Source: an uncultured bacterium (GTDB lineage: Bacteria > Desulfobacterota_D > UBA1144 > Nemesobacterales > UBA2774). Taken from it: a stretch of DNA of 64,000 nt. Shown one piece after another: positions 48,991-60,155 of the stretch. Where the stretch lies: contig CAWGRW010000009.1 in NCBI GenBank assembly GCA_963825135.1, positions 2,176,001 through 2,240,000 on the forward strand. Direction: 5' to 3'. The position numbers and the translations under genes are program-made. How positions within the stretch are numbered: position 1 is the first letter of the stretch; each line of letters opens with the position of its first letter. Below the pieces are notes generated by a model that saw only the letters and a program-made list of their open reading frames with translations, was not told the origin of the DNA and did no database searches.

Positions 48991-49827
48991 ATGGACATAC
49001 TGGAATTTTCCTCACTCGTCTTCCTCGGGTCTCTCTTTGCGGGATTCCTCGGCGCAGCGACGGGACTCGGTGGAGGGGTAGTGATAGTGCCGCTCCTGGT
49101 GATCGGCTTCGGAGTCGATATACGCTACGCCATGGGCGCTTCACTCGTGTCCGTGATCGCGACGTCCTCGGCCGCCGCGTCGGCATATGTTAAAGAGGGG
49201 TTCAGCAACTTACGCGTCGGGATGTTTCTGGAAATCGCCACCACCATAGGTGCGGTCGCGGGCGCGGCTGTCGCGACCAGCATCTCTCCTTCTGCAATCG
49301 CGGTAGTCTTCGGTCTCGTGCTTATCTATTCGTCCTATCAATCCGGCTTCTCCCGTCACAAAGATGCCGCGCCCGGCAAACCCGACAGGCTCGCGACGCG
49401 TCTCAGGATGAATTCAGAGTACCCGACGCCGGAAGGGGCGGAAAAATATTATGTCAGGGCAGTACCCGGCGGGTTCGGAGTAATGTTTATAGCGGGCGCC
49501 CTTTCGGGGCTTCTGGGCATAGGCTCGGGAGCGCTTAAAGTGATAGCCATGGATCAGGTCATGCGCCTGCCTTTCAAGGTATCTACGACTACGAGCAACT
49601 TCATGATAGGCGTTACCGCTGCGGCGAGCGCCGGGGTATTTCTTAACCGCGGGTATGTTGACCCCGGCCTCTCCATGCCCGTAATGCTGGGCGTGCTCTT
49701 CGGCTCCCTCCTCGGAACACATTTCTTGTTGAAGGTATCGACCCGCATCCTCCGCATCGTGTTCGCGGTAGTTATATTTGCACTGGCTATAGAGATGCTC
49801 TATAAGGGGCTCACAGGTGGGTTTTGA
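48991..49827 (+). CDS. sulfite exporter TauE/SafE family protein
   Basis: GLGGGVVIVP, SGLLGIGSG, KVSTTTSNFMIGVT. Confidence 0.9.
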   Translation: MDILEFSSLVFLGSLFAGFLGAATGLGGGVVIVPLLVIGFGVDIRYAMGASLVSVIATSSAAASAYVKEGFSNLRVGMFLEIATTIGAVAGAAVATSISPSAIAVVFGLVLIYSSYQSGFSRHKDAAPGKPDRLATRLRMNSEYPTPEGAEKYYVRAVPGGFGVMFIAGALSGLLGIGSGALKVIAMDQVMRLPFKVSTTTSNFMIGVTAAASAGVFLNRGYVDPGLSMPVMLGVLFGSLLGTHFLLKVSTRILRIVFAVVIFALAIEMLYKGLTGGF

Positions 49828-49828
49828 T

Positions 49829-50218
49829 ATGGGAGATAAAAAGTACGTTATGAACGATGAGAGGATAGACCAGATTATCGGCGACCTTCTCAGGATAGCT
49901 GTGATACTATCGGCTGTATTCGTAATTACGGGCGCCGTTATTTACCTGATGCGGCACGGCACGGAGATGCCGGATTACGGCGTCTTCACGGGTGTGCCGA
50001 AAGACCTGCGCGGCCTGAGGGAGATTATAGAGGCCGCATGGCAGATAAGGAGCGTGGGGATAATACAGCTTGGTCTTTTACTCCTCATCGCCACGCCCGT
50101 CGCGCGCGTAATATTTTCGGTATTTGCCTTCCTTATTCAGCGTGATTATATGTACGTTGTTTTTACTTTAATCGTACTTTCGGTGCTCCTCCTGAGCTTA
50201 ACGGGAGTAATAATGTAG
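49829..50218 (+). CDS. DUF1634 membrane protein
   Basis: IIQLGLLLLIATPVARV; usual partner of this TauE subfamily. Confidence 0.85.
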   Translation: MGDKKYVMNDERIDQIIGDLLRIAVILSAVFVITGAVIYLMRHGTEMPDYGVFTGVPKDLRGLREIIEAAWQIRSVGIIQLGLLLLIATPVARVIFSVFAFLIQRDYMYVVFTLIVLSVLLLSLTGVIM

Positions 50219-50468
50219 CTCTATATAAAGCCGCCGGCAATCGATGATAAGAGGGGAATCGCGATCGATGTCACTTACTGAAAAGATAGGTCGGGCGGAT
50301 GGTAAAGACCGCGTACGGTTTTTTGGGGCGATCAAACGGCAATGGGAACTTTAACGCTATTGATAAGCAATATAGGGGCGATGAAACTTCAGGCAAGCGG
50401 ATAATGGTGTTATTATTTATGATCTTCGGGAAATTAGTGTTCACATAGCCGATGCATCCGGGGGAACC

Positions 50469-51917
50469 ATGAATATGATAAAAAGGCATCACATTCGACA
50501 AGTCATAATATTTGCTTTTGTTTTGTCCATTCCATTAATCCTATTGTCGGTATTATTCGCTCAATCGTTCACGGCCGGGGCGAAAGAGCCCGGCGCTATT
50601 GAGACGAAACAGATCGCGGAAGAGGCGTACATATACGGCTTCCCGATGATAATGAATTACGGGACGATGTACGAGTATTCCATCGACCGCTCTTCGTCTC
50701 AATATAAGGCCCCATTCAACCGGATCTATAATACCGCGCGGGTGTACACGCCGAAGGACACGGTGGTGATCACCCCGAACAGCGACACCCCGTACTCGTT
50801 CGCGGGAATGGACCTCCGTGCGGAGCCCGTAGTCCTATGCGTGCCGGAGGTTGAAAAAGGGCGCTATTACTCCGTTCAGCTGGTCGATATGTACACGTAC
50901 AATATCGGTTATATAGGGAGCCGCGCAACGGGAAACGGCGCGGGGTGCTATATGGTCTCGGGTCCGGGCTGGAGGGGCGAAACGCCCGCGGGCATCGCGA
51001 AGGCTTTCCCGGTAGAGACGGATTTTGCCTTTGCGATTTACCGTACCCAGCTCTTTAACTCCGGAGACATAGACAATGTAAAGAAGATACAGGCGGGTTA
51101 CAAGGTGTACACCCTTTCGGAATACACGAAGAAGCCCGCTCCTGCCTCACCGCCTGAAATCAAATTCCCGAAATTCTCAAAGAAGGAGGCGTTCGGTGCC
51201 GACCCCTTCAGTTATTTGAACTTTCTGCTGCAATTCTGTCCGCCGGTACCCCAGGAAAAGCCGCTCCGAGACGTATTCGCAAGGATAGGGATTGAGTCGG
51301 GAAAACCTTTTGACGCAGGCAAGCTTTCGGCTAAGGACAGGGCTGCGGTTGAGACCGGAATCAAGAAGGGTTATGAGGTTATTAAACGGAAGCGGCTGAC
51401 TCTCGGTAAAGACGTGGACGGTTGGCGGGTTATGTCGGCGTTCGGTGACCGGAAATTCTATAAGGGCAACTGGACACTCAGGGCGGCTGCGGCCATGGCG
51501 GGTATTTACGGTAACGACGCGGTCGAAGCCATGTACCCCATCGCGTTTACCGACGGCACGGGCGCCAAACTCGACGGGAGCAAAACCGCATACACGATCA
51601 CCTTTGCGTCGGGGGAATTGCCCCCCGTAAATGCCTTCTGGTCCGTTACGATGTATGACGGCAAGACGCAGCTCCTGGTCGCGAACCCGATCGACCGGTA
51701 CCTGATCAATTCACCGATGCTCCCCGGTCTCAAGAAGAACCCTGACGGATCGCTCACGCTCTATGTGCAGAAAGCCTCACCCGGCGCGGAGAAGGAGTCC
51801 AACTGGCTCCCCGCCCCCGACGGCCCGTTTTATCTGGTATTGAGGCTCTATTGGCCGAAGCAAGAGGCGCTCGACGGAAAGTGGACTCCTCCGGCCGTTA
51901 CGCAGGTGAAGAAATGA
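50469..51917 (+). CDS. DUF1254/DUF1214 exported protein
   Basis: AYIYGFP, TPNSDTPYS, PPVNAFWSVTMY, NWLPAP, LRLYWP. Confidence 0.9.
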   Translation: MNMIKRHHIRQVIIFAFVLSIPLILLSVLFAQSFTAGAKEPGAIETKQIAEEAYIYGFPMIMNYGTMYEYSIDRSSSQYKAPFNRIYNTARVYTPKDTVVITPNSDTPYSFAGMDLRAEPVVLCVPEVEKGRYYSVQLVDMYTYNIGYIGSRATGNGAGCYMVSGPGWRGETPAGIAKAFPVETDFAFAIYRTQLFNSGDIDNVKKIQAGYKVYTLSEYTKKPAPASPPEIKFPKFSKKEAFGADPFSYLNFLLQFCPPVPQEKPLRDVFARIGIESGKPFDAGKLSAKDRAAVETGIKKGYEVIKRKRLTLGKDVDGWRVMSAFGDRKFYKGNWTLRAAAAMAGIYGNDAVEAMYPIAFTDGTGAKLDGSKTAYTITFASGELPPVNAFWSVTMYDGKTQLLVANPIDRYLINSPMLPGLKKNPDGSLTLYVQKASPGAEKESNWLPAPDGPFYLVLRLYWPKQEALDGKWTPPAVTQVKK

Positions 51918-52102
51918 TCTATCAAAGAAAGAGAATTCGGCGCGATGTCTCAGGGCGCATGAGCGGTATGAAGATTGGGACAATGTCCCCGTTCCGATAA
52001 GGCAGTCGGTATTATATTGAAATTCTGCGGCTATTCCGGAATCGCTCATTACGGCTCGATAAGTATCGGAACGGCTTCAAAATTCGGGCAAAGGAGCAGG
52101 AA

Positions 52103-52693
52103 ATGAAAATGCAATCACGTAAGCATGTCGTATTGATTTTAGTTCTCTCGGCGATGTTCGGTGTTCTTCAGGGACTGGCGCAGGAAGGAAACGAGACAGG
52201 GGTCGATTTAAAGCCCTCTCCTGATGCAATCAGCAAGGCCCGGAACCCCTCGCCGCCCGCTGATGCCCAAAAATCCGACTCAATCGGCAAAGGGAATATT
52301 ACGATGAACACCGCGAACTCTCCGGGCGATACGGATTCTTTCTGGGTTCAGCAGATAGACGTCAACGGCGACGGAACCGTGGAGTCCGCCAACCTCATCT
52401 GGGACGACGAGGACAGGATTCTCTACTTCTATTACGAGGGCGGATTCAAGTGTAAGAACGGAAAAACGGGCTCCGGCGCGGTGCTCGTAGGAGTGAACGG
52501 CAAGGACAACCCCCGGAATAGACCGGCCGGCTCCGGTTTCTACGCCGTGTCTCTGGATAAGGACGAGTGCGGTGCGGAGGAAGCCGGGCTCTGGGGCTGC
52601 AGGTTCGACGCGGCCGGCAATCCTACGGCCTGCGGAACCGTGGGAATCGACGACAAATACGACGACATTATAATCTTGACAGCGAGTAAATAA
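52103..52693 (+). CDS. hypothetical secreted protein
   Basis: Signal peptide, DVNGDG motif, 4 Cys. Confidence 0.7.
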   Translation: MKMQSRKHVVLILVLSAMFGVLQGLAQEGNETGVDLKPSPDAISKARNPSPPADAQKSDSIGKGNITMNTANSPGDTDSFWVQQIDVNGDGTVESANLIWDDEDRILYFYYEGGFKCKNGKTGSGAVLVGVNGKDNPRNRPAGSGFYAVSLDKDECGAEEAGLWGCRFDAAGNPTACGTVGIDDKYDDIIILTASK

Positions 52694-52749
52694 TAACCGT
52701 TTCATTATTCCGTGACTTAAGAATCCGGAAAATTGCGAGGGAGGTAAGT

Positions 52750-53148
52750 ATGAAGGTACTTAAGAATTTTTTTGTAATTGCATTCGCGATTGCGACGCTA
52801 TCGACGATAAATCTTGCAACAGCCGCAGCAGGAGCCCTGAACGCCGACAGCATTGTCGGCAAGTGGAAGGATACGGAGGGAACGGCTGTCGTGCGGATAG
52901 AGAGCAAGGGCGGGTACTACGAAGGCGTTGTTGTGGAGGACGCGGAGAACCCCGGCGTGGTTTCCACAACGGTTTTCAAAAACCTGGTATATGACAGCGG
53001 GGAAGGGGTTTGGAAAGGGACCATATATTCTATCAAGAAGAAAAAAGAGTTCGATGTAAAGATTCAAATGGCTGATAGCGGTAACTTCACCATGACGGTG
53101 AAAGCCGGATTAGGCTCAAAGAAGCTCGATTGGGATCGGGTCCAATAA
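52750..53148 (+). CDS. DUF2147 family secreted protein
   Basis: IVGKW...WKGTIY...W.R pattern after a signal peptide. Confidence 0.65.
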   Translation: MKVLKNFFVIAFAIATLSTINLATAAAGALNADSIVGKWKDTEGTAVVRIESKGGYYEGVVVEDAENPGVVSTTVFKNLVYDSGEGVWKGTIYSIKKKKEFDVKIQMADSGNFTMTVKAGLGSKKLDWDRVQ

Positions 53149-53394
53149 CGGCGCCTGACCGTGACGCAATCTCTTTCCATAGATACATCCCGGGTTACAT
53201 AGCATTTATGTCTGCCGATACGGGACCCGTGTCCCTGGGCGGTAACCCGATAATCGGTCCAGAGGCGCTTCGCAATATTGAATAATTTTTCTAAGGCAAT
53301 AAAATTAGAGATATATGCCGCGGTGCGCCTTATCATTGAAAGAAACGAAATGCGGATCAATCCGGTTCAGGCATAAAGCTGCTTCTTTACATAG

Positions 53395-54741
53395 ATGCTG
53401 AAAAAATTATCCCTTGGCGCAATGTTACTACTTCTTGCAGCTGCATCAGGCTGCGGGGGGAGCTATACCCCGAAGCCGCCCGAGGAAGTCTCTTTCCTCG
53501 ACAGGGCGGAGACGCAGAGCAGGAACGGTCTGACCGTAACGGTCGCTGTTTTGAGCCGCGAGGAGAGCAAGGAGGTGTTCGGTGTGGACCTTTCTGCTAA
53601 TGGAATCCAGTCTGTTTGGCTCGATATAGAGAACAAGACCGGGAAACCATACGTTTTTATGCCCATTGCTCTCGACCCCGGATATTTCTCGCCAAATGAA
53701 GTCGCATTCATGAACCATTTCAAGTTTAACAGCTCGGCCAACAGGGAGATGGATGAACAGTTCTCGAAATACGGTATTCAGGTAGAGTACATTATGCCGG
53801 GCGAAAGGGATAAGGGATTCGTGTACACGAACCTCGACCCGGGGTTGAAGTTCGTAAACGTGACACTGTATCAGATAGACGGAACCGAGAACTTCTTTTT
53901 CTATTTCGAGGTTCCCGGCATTCAGCCCGATTACGAAAATGTCGATTTCGCCGCCCTCTATAAAAAGGACGAGATAGTCCATATCGATGACGAGGACGGG
54001 CTTCGCAAAGCCCTGGAGGAGCTTCCCTGCTGTACGACCGGGGCTGAGGGCGGAGGGGGAGGCGAACCTATCAACGTTGTCCTCATCGGCGACCCCGACG
54101 ATATATCTTCGGCCATCGTGCGCAGGAAATGGGATGTGACGGAGGCCGAGACGAAGAAATTCAACCTCGACCTCGGCCGGGCCTTCTCCCCCGAGGGTTA
54201 CAGGACTTTTCCCATGGCCAGCCTGTATGTGTTCGGCAGGAGGCAGGACGTGGGCTTCCAGAAATCGAGGCGCGAGACGGACGCCGCCTACCGTCAGAGG
54301 AATACGCTCAGGCTCTGGCTCACACCCCTCAGGTATAAGGGGAAAACGGTATGGGCGGGAGCCGTGAGCAGGGACATCGGGTCCGACCTCAGGATCAGGA
54401 AATACTGGTTCGCGGCGCAGGAGATAGACCCGGACATAGACGAGACCAGGGACTTTATTGTGGAGGACCTCGTCATTTCACAGAGTGTGCAGAAGCTCGG
54501 CTACGTCACCGGGGTTGGGCAGTCGACCCCTGAGAATCCGGCATATAATCTGAATAAGCTGCCCTGGTGGTCTGACGGCTACAGGGCCGTATTGCTCTTC
54601 GGGAATGACCAGACGACTCTGGGCGACATGGAATATTTCGATTGGGAGAACGTTGAGGACATCAATAACGGGGAAAGGGGCGAAGGCGGGTCTGGGAACG
54701 GAGACTCCGAAGAAACGGAGAAAGGGGATAAGCACGAATGA
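53395..54741 (+). CDS. LssY C-terminal domain lipoprotein
   Basis: ASGC lipobox; EPINVVLIG, LYVFGRRQD, LRLW, IDPDIDETRD. Confidence 0.8.
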   Translation: MLKKLSLGAMLLLLAAASGCGGSYTPKPPEEVSFLDRAETQSRNGLTVTVAVLSREESKEVFGVDLSANGIQSVWLDIENKTGKPYVFMPIALDPGYFSPNEVAFMNHFKFNSSANREMDEQFSKYGIQVEYIMPGERDKGFVYTNLDPGLKFVNVTLYQIDGTENFFFYFEVPGIQPDYENVDFAALYKKDEIVHIDDEDGLRKALEELPCCTTGAEGGGGGEPINVVLIGDPDDISSAIVRRKWDVTEAETKKFNLDLGRAFSPEGYRTFPMASLYVFGRRQDVGFQKSRRETDAAYRQRNTLRLWLTPLRYKGKTVWAGAVSRDIGSDLRIRKYWFAAQEIDPDIDETRDFIVEDLVISQSVQKLGYVTGVGQSTPENPAYNLNKLPWWSDGYRAVLLFGNDQTTLGDMEYFDWENVEDINNGERGEGGSGNGDSEETEKGDKHE

Positions 54742-56180
54742 AGCCCTCGCTAAAAGAGCGATCTGCCGCTCTTGATATTATTCTCTTAATCTCGCTATGC
54801 CTGCTCCCGGGGTTTTGGGGATGCGCGTCGTACTGCGCCAACCAGGCGAGCAGAGACGCGAGCATGTTCAGTACGCCGCCGGCAAAGGGATGCAAGGTAT
54901 ATTCTCCCTCTCCCGACCCGGCCACGGATGTACCGTTTAAAATCAGGGCCGAAACGCAATCCGAAGACGGCATATCGGTCTCCGCCGTCGTATTGAGCGA
55001 TTATGAGAGCGAAAAGATATTCGGAGTCAACCTCGCCGGGAACGGTATTCAGCCCGTATGGCTCGATATCCGCAACACCACCGGTACGCCTGTATCTCTC
55101 ATTTATGTCGCGACGGACCCCGGATATTATTCCCCGAACGAGGCTGCGTACACAAACTACGGCTATGCGAGTCCCGTGAATGAGGAAATGAACGAATACT
55201 TCAACAAGCAGAGCATCAGGAGAGAGATTCCGGCCGGAGGCGAGCTCTCGGGCTTCTTTTACACGAACTGGGACCCGGGGATCAAATACCTCAACGTAAG
55301 CGTCTACGGTGAGGAGCAGGAAAAGAACTTCGTGTTCTATTTCGTTATTCCCGGCATCAAGCTCGACTATCAGCGGGTGGACTTTGACAATATATATAAG
55401 AAGGACGAGTATGTGAATTACGATACCGAGGAAGAGCTTCGCAAAGCGCTCGAAGCCGTCCCGTGCTGCGCTACCGGAAAGGACGGCACGGGCGAGAACG
55501 ACGCGCTCAATTTCTTCGTCATCGGGGATACGGACAATATAATCTCCGCGTTTATAAGGCGGGGATGGGACGTGACGGAGCCTATTTCGGTTAGTTCCGG
55601 CTTGAGAGCGTTCAAGGCATACTTCTCGGGGGCGAGATACAGGACCTCCCCAATGAGCAGCGTCTACGTGTTCAGGAGGGTCCAGGATATCGGGCTCCAA
55701 AAGGCGAGGTCCACGATACATGAGCGTAACCACCTCAGGCTCTGGTTAATGCCTATCCGCTATAAAGGTATGGACGTCTGGATAGGATCTGTGAGCCGTG
55801 ACATAGGCTCGTACTTCACGTTCAGGACCCCCTGGCTTTCCGCGCACGCTATTGACCCGGATATCGACGAAGCGAGGACTTACCTCGAGCAGGACCTGCT
55901 TTTCTCGGGAGGCGTAGATAAGTTCGGCTACGTCAAGGGCATAGCGCCCGCTACCGCCGAGAACCCGCACAGGAATTTCATGAAGCAGCCGTGGTGGACC
56001 GACGGATACCGGTCTGTTTTCCTTTTCGGTGAAGCCTCGGTTACGCTTAACGATCTCGAATTCTTCGACTGGGAATGGGCGGGGGAGAACGGACCTGAGG
56101 TCATCGAGTACATCAAAGCCATGAGCGCCGGGAGAAAACAGGGCAAGCCGGCCGCTCCGGCTCCTATAAAACCCGACTGA
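54738..56180 (+). CDS. LssY C-terminal domain lipoprotein, tandem paralog
   Basis: FWGC; SPMSSVYVFRRVQD, RNHLRLW, HAIDPDIDEAR. Confidence 0.8.
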   Translation: MKPSLKERSAALDIILLISLCLLPGFWGCASYCANQASRDASMFSTPPAKGCKVYSPSPDPATDVPFKIRAETQSEDGISVSAVVLSDYESEKIFGVNLAGNGIQPVWLDIRNTTGTPVSLIYVATDPGYYSPNEAAYTNYGYASPVNEEMNEYFNKQSIRREIPAGGELSGFFYTNWDPGIKYLNVSVYGEEQEKNFVFYFVIPGIKLDYQRVDFDNIYKKDEYVNYDTEEELRKALEAVPCCATGKDGTGENDALNFFVIGDTDNIISAFIRRGWDVTEPISVSSGLRAFKAYFSGARYRTSPMSSVYVFRRVQDIGLQKARSTIHERNHLRLWLMPIRYKGMDVWIGSVSRDIGSYFTFRTPWLSAHAIDPDIDEARTYLEQDLLFSGGVDKFGYVKGIAPATAENPHRNFMKQPWWTDGYRSVFLFGEASVTLNDLEFFDWEWAGENGPEVIEYIKAMSAGRKQGKPAAPAPIKPD

Positions 56181-56245
56181 TTTAAAGACCGCGTGAGCCT
56201 GATCGTGCCTGTCTTTCGGACGCTGCTCGGGCACAGGATGTCGTG

Positions 56246-56452
56246 TGTCTTATATTACGACAATCCTGTTAGAATACGCCAAAATGCAATCGGGCCTCCC
56301 TTCTACGCTAATGCGTTTCTAATATGGGTCTGACATCGAATTATTCTGTAATATATTCTGTAATACCGGTAGAAACCCCTATCAGAAGGGGTGAGCCGGA
56401 GACCGCATCTGCACACCTGCAATGATCAATCTTCACTGGTATGCTCCTTGCA
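56246..56452 (+). promoter_or_regulatory. TGTC-N9-GACA motif (56246..56262) and sigma-54 promoter (56437..56452)
   Basis: TGTCTTATATTACGACA; TGGTATGCTCCTTGCA. Confidence 0.55.
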
Positions 56453-56467
56453 AGTTAATTATCAACG

Positions 56468-57052
56468 ATGAAAGTGTATCCAAAAGAGTTTTTGCTCAAA
56501 GATAAGAGCATGGTTATTATCAGGCCGCTAGTTGAGGAGGACTGGGAATTCGTTCAGACGTTTTTTTCAAAAATACCCAGGGAGGACCTCATCATTTATA
56601 AAGACGACGTAACGAAGTGGGAATCGCTCGAAAACTGGTTCGTGAACCCGAATTACGAGAAGGTGGTCGAGCTCGTGTCCTTTTGCAAGAAAGAAGTCGT
56701 CGCGAAAGGCACGCTCCACGCTCAGGGGCTTTACTGGCCCCACGCCGCCGAGGTGAAGCTGGTGGTCCATCCGGAGTACAGGGGCAATGGCCTCGGTTCC
56801 CAGATGTTCAGCCTGCTTCTCTATGAAGGGCTCAAACACCAATTCCAGAAGATTATCGTGAGGTACATCCCGGACAACCTGAGCTTCGTGAAGATTCTCG
56901 GCCATTACGGGTTTGAGCCGGAAACCGTACTTAACTATTATGTGCTGGACGAGGCTACGAATGAGCAGAAGGACCTCGTGATCGCTTCCTACGACCTGCA
57001 GAACTGGGAGCGCAGGTTCGAGTTTTACAGCTACGTTTATGGCGGTAACTAA
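56468..57052 (+). CDS. GNAT family N-acetyltransferase
   Basis: IIRPL, VVHPEYRGNGLGS acetyl-CoA motif. Confidence 0.85.
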   Translation: MKVYPKEFLLKDKSMVIIRPLVEEDWEFVQTFFSKIPREDLIIYKDDVTKWESLENWFVNPNYEKVVELVSFCKKEVVAKGTLHAQGLYWPHAAEVKLVVHPEYRGNGLGSQMFSLLLYEGLKHQFQKIIVRYIPDNLSFVKILGHYGFEPETVLNYYVLDEATNEQKDLVIASYDLQNWERRFEFYSYVYGGN

Positions 57053-57156
57053 CGACCAGTTGTCGCCGCATGGATTGTAACTCCCCGCATTAGATGATAT
57101 TCTCATCTTAAATTCAACAAAATCTTTTAAATCCTCATCCTCCGGATGTTCTCGGT

Positions 57157-58704
57157 ATGAATGATCTGAAAAAAACAAAAAAAGAGCTTGCTGCGGAATT
57201 GGAAGTGCTCCGGAAAAAGATCAAATCATATGAAAGTCAGGACGGCGGGGAGAGCGCATTATTCGGGAACAATTACAGCTTCATAGTCGAATCCGTACCT
57301 AGCGGGATAGTCATGACGGACGATACAGGGAAGATTATTTTCGTGAATTCCCTCGTAAATGCGACGCTCGGATACGGGGACGGGGAGCTTCTCGGAAAAA
57401 GTATCGAGATTCTCGTCCCGGAACGCTACCGCAGGGCGCATCCCGTATTCAGAGATACATTCATGATGTCGCCGATCTCAAGACCGATGGGGAAAGGGCG
57501 TGATCTTTTCGCCCTGAAGAAGGACGGTTCCGAGCTCCCGGTAGAGATAGGCCTCAATCCCGTGAAGACTAAAAACGGGTTCGTGGTGCTCAGCACCCTT
57601 ATCGATATCACGGAGAGGAAATTAGCCGAGAGGATGCTGCGGGAAGGGGAAGAGAGACTCCGCGGGATAATGGAAAATACGTCCGACGCCGTGCTGCTCT
57701 TTGACGGCGACGGCCGGATCGAATCTGTAAACAGGGCGGGGCTTGTACTTTTTACCGGCAGCGAAAACGGGGAAATCGGGAACATTCGGGAAATAATCAC
57801 GCCTGAACAAAGGGAGAGCTTCACGGCGAAGCTGAGAAACGCGAAAGAGGGTGTTTCGGTTACGGACTTCGAGACGGAATTGATGAGGAAAGACGGCAGG
57901 AGAGTCCCAGTGAGCATCAGCCTCGTTTATATGAACCACGGCGGCGGGAGGTTCATTGAGACGGTGAGGGACATTTCCGCAAGAGTAGCGATGAGAAAGA
58001 AAATAATAGAGCTCGAGAAATCCCAGATAGTGGGGAGGATGGCTGAAGGTTTCGCCCATCACATGGGTACTCCGCTCGCATCCATGCTGCTCAGGGTACA
58101 GATGCTCAAAGAAGACGTATCGGATATAACGGGATATGAGGGGATTCTGGAGAAACTGGATTCGATTGAAAGACAGATCCTCTACGGCCAGAAAGTGATA
58201 CAGAGGCTTCTCAAGTTTGTCGGCAACCCCATAAGCGAAAAGAGTCCCGAGGACGCGGCGTCCATTCTGATCGAGTCGGTAGACCTTATCAGGCCTCTTC
58301 TCAAAAAGAAAATCATAGACGTGCTCGTGGAAACGGAAGATAATTTAACGATACTCACCGACACGAACTTGCTCCACCTCGTGTTCACCGATACCATAAT
58401 GAACGCAGTCGACGCAATGCCCGGAGGCGGATCACTCACCTTGACAGCATCGGGCGATAAAGTGCCGGGCTTAGCAGTAATAACGATAAACGATACCGGG
58501 GACGGTATCCCCAAAGAGATTATTCCTTACGTGTTCGAGCCCTTTTTTACGACGAAGCCTGCCGGAATGGGCACGGGGCTCGGCCTCTCCGTCGCAAAAC
58601 GTATCATAAGCGACCACGGCGGCGAGATTTCCTTAAAGAGCAAGGAGGGGGAGGGCACCACCGTTACTATCAAACTTCCAATATTTTCCAAGGAGCAGCA
58701 ATAG
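57157..58704 (+). CDS. PAS-PAS sensor histidine kinase
   Basis: Two PAS/PAC domains, AHHMGTPL H-box, NAVDAM, DTGDGI, FEPFFTTK, GTGLGL. Confidence 0.93.
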   Translation: MNDLKKTKKELAAELEVLRKKIKSYESQDGGESALFGNNYSFIVESVPSGIVMTDDTGKIIFVNSLVNATLGYGDGELLGKSIEILVPERYRRAHPVFRDTFMMSPISRPMGKGRDLFALKKDGSELPVEIGLNPVKTKNGFVVLSTLIDITERKLAERMLREGEERLRGIMENTSDAVLLFDGDGRIESVNRAGLVLFTGSENGEIGNIREIITPEQRESFTAKLRNAKEGVSVTDFETELMRKDGRRVPVSISLVYMNHGGGRFIETVRDISARVAMRKKIIELEKSQIVGRMAEGFAHHMGTPLASMLLRVQMLKEDVSDITGYEGILEKLDSIERQILYGQKVIQRLLKFVGNPISEKSPEDAASILIESVDLIRPLLKKKIIDVLVETEDNLTILTDTNLLHLVFTDTIMNAVDAMPGGGSLTLTASGDKVPGLAVITINDTGDGIPKEIIPYVFEPFFTTKPAGMGTGLGLSVAKRIISDHGGEISLKSKEGEGTTVTIKLPIFSKEQQ

Positions 58705-60060
58705 TGAGCCCTGAAAAATTCAAAGTGCTTGTTGTTGATGACGATAAGGAGTTTATCGAGGCGGTCAAAGAGCTCCTCGAACGTAATAGCTATCAGGTGC
58801 TAACCGCGTATTCGGGGAAAGAGGCGCTCGAAAAAGCGGCCGAGGAGGACGGGCTCAGGCTCGTGCTGCTCGATCTCGTGATGCCGCTTATGGATGGTTT
58901 CACTCTCCTCGAGAAACTCATGGACCTGATACCGGGGTTGACTGTGATTATGGTTACGGGTCAGGGAACCGTGCAGACGGCGGTCGAGGCAATCAAACGG
59001 GGGGCTAAAGACTTTATATCGAAGCCCTTCGATAAAGACGTTCTCCTTAACAAACTCGAAGTGATAAGAAAAGCGGAAGAGCTTGAGAATAAAGTCAGCA
59101 CCCTGAATGTGCTCCTTTCTGAAAAATACGGCTTCGACAATATCATAAGCGGCTCCAAGCTGATGAAAACGGTTTTCGAGAGGGCTTCCGCGGCCGCCCA
59201 CAGCAATGCGCCCGTATTCATTGTGGGCGAGACGGGTACGGGAAAAGAGCTCCTGGCCAAGGCCATACACCTGAGCGGCGAGAGGGCGGGCAAACCCTTC
59301 GTCGGTGTTAACTGCGGGGCTATACCCAAAGACCTTCTCGAATCCGAGCTCTTCGGATACCGGAAAGGGTGCCTTCACCGGGGCAGTGAGGGACCATGAG
59401 GGCCTGTTTGTCGCGGCGGAGAAGGGGACGATATTTCTCGATGAAATAGGGGAGATGCCTAAAGAGCTCCAGGTGAGATTGCTTCGGGTGCTCGAAGAAT
59501 ATAAAGTGCGTCCTATCGGGCATACGCAGGAGATATCGCTCGACGTAAGGGTTATATCCGCAAGCAACCACAGCATAGAGGATCTCAAGAAGACTTACCT
59601 GAGGGAGGATCTCTTCTTCAGACTCGCCGTTATAGTGATAGAGCTCCCTCCGTTGAGGGACAGAAAGGGGGATATCCCTCTCCTCATTGACCACTTCGTA
59701 AGCAGATTCAGTAATAAGTACTCGAAGAAGGTTAAAGGTCTCTCCGAAGGGGCGTTCAGCTCACTCTACAACTACGACTTCCCCGGTAACATCAGGGAGC
59801 TCGAAAATCTGATAGAGGGTATCATTGCCGTGATACCATCCGGCAAGAACACCATTACGGAAAAAGAGCTTAAGGAACATCTGCTCTGGCAGCAGCCCAA
59901 GAGCTCCGAGCACCAGATCCTCGCCCTCGACAGGCTCGAGAAATTCGCGCTCGAGCAGGCGCTAAGGGAATGCAAGGGGAACAAATCGAAGGCCGCCGAT
60001 ATACTCGGCATCTCGAGGGACACGCTTTACAGGAAGCTTAAACAATACGAGGTTGAATAG
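58704..60060 (+). CDS. sigma-54-dependent response regulator (NtrC family), extra G near 59368
   Basis: REC domain, [14 protein letters not shown] then GAFTGA in the next frame, [17 protein letters not shown], Fis HTH. Confidence 0.92.
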
Positions 60061-60155
60061 AGACACTCCTGCGCTGTTTCGCGCTGCCTCATTGTCCGGA
60101 CGGGCTGCAATATCCGCAGTATCGTCGGAAGTGATTCTTCATCATCCCGATATAC

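Noticed and set aside
59350..59380. Programmed frameshift in the sigma-54 activator
   Set aside because: A single extra G in a short run within the conserved [13 protein letters not shown] motif; sequencing error or simple mutation is more parsimonious.
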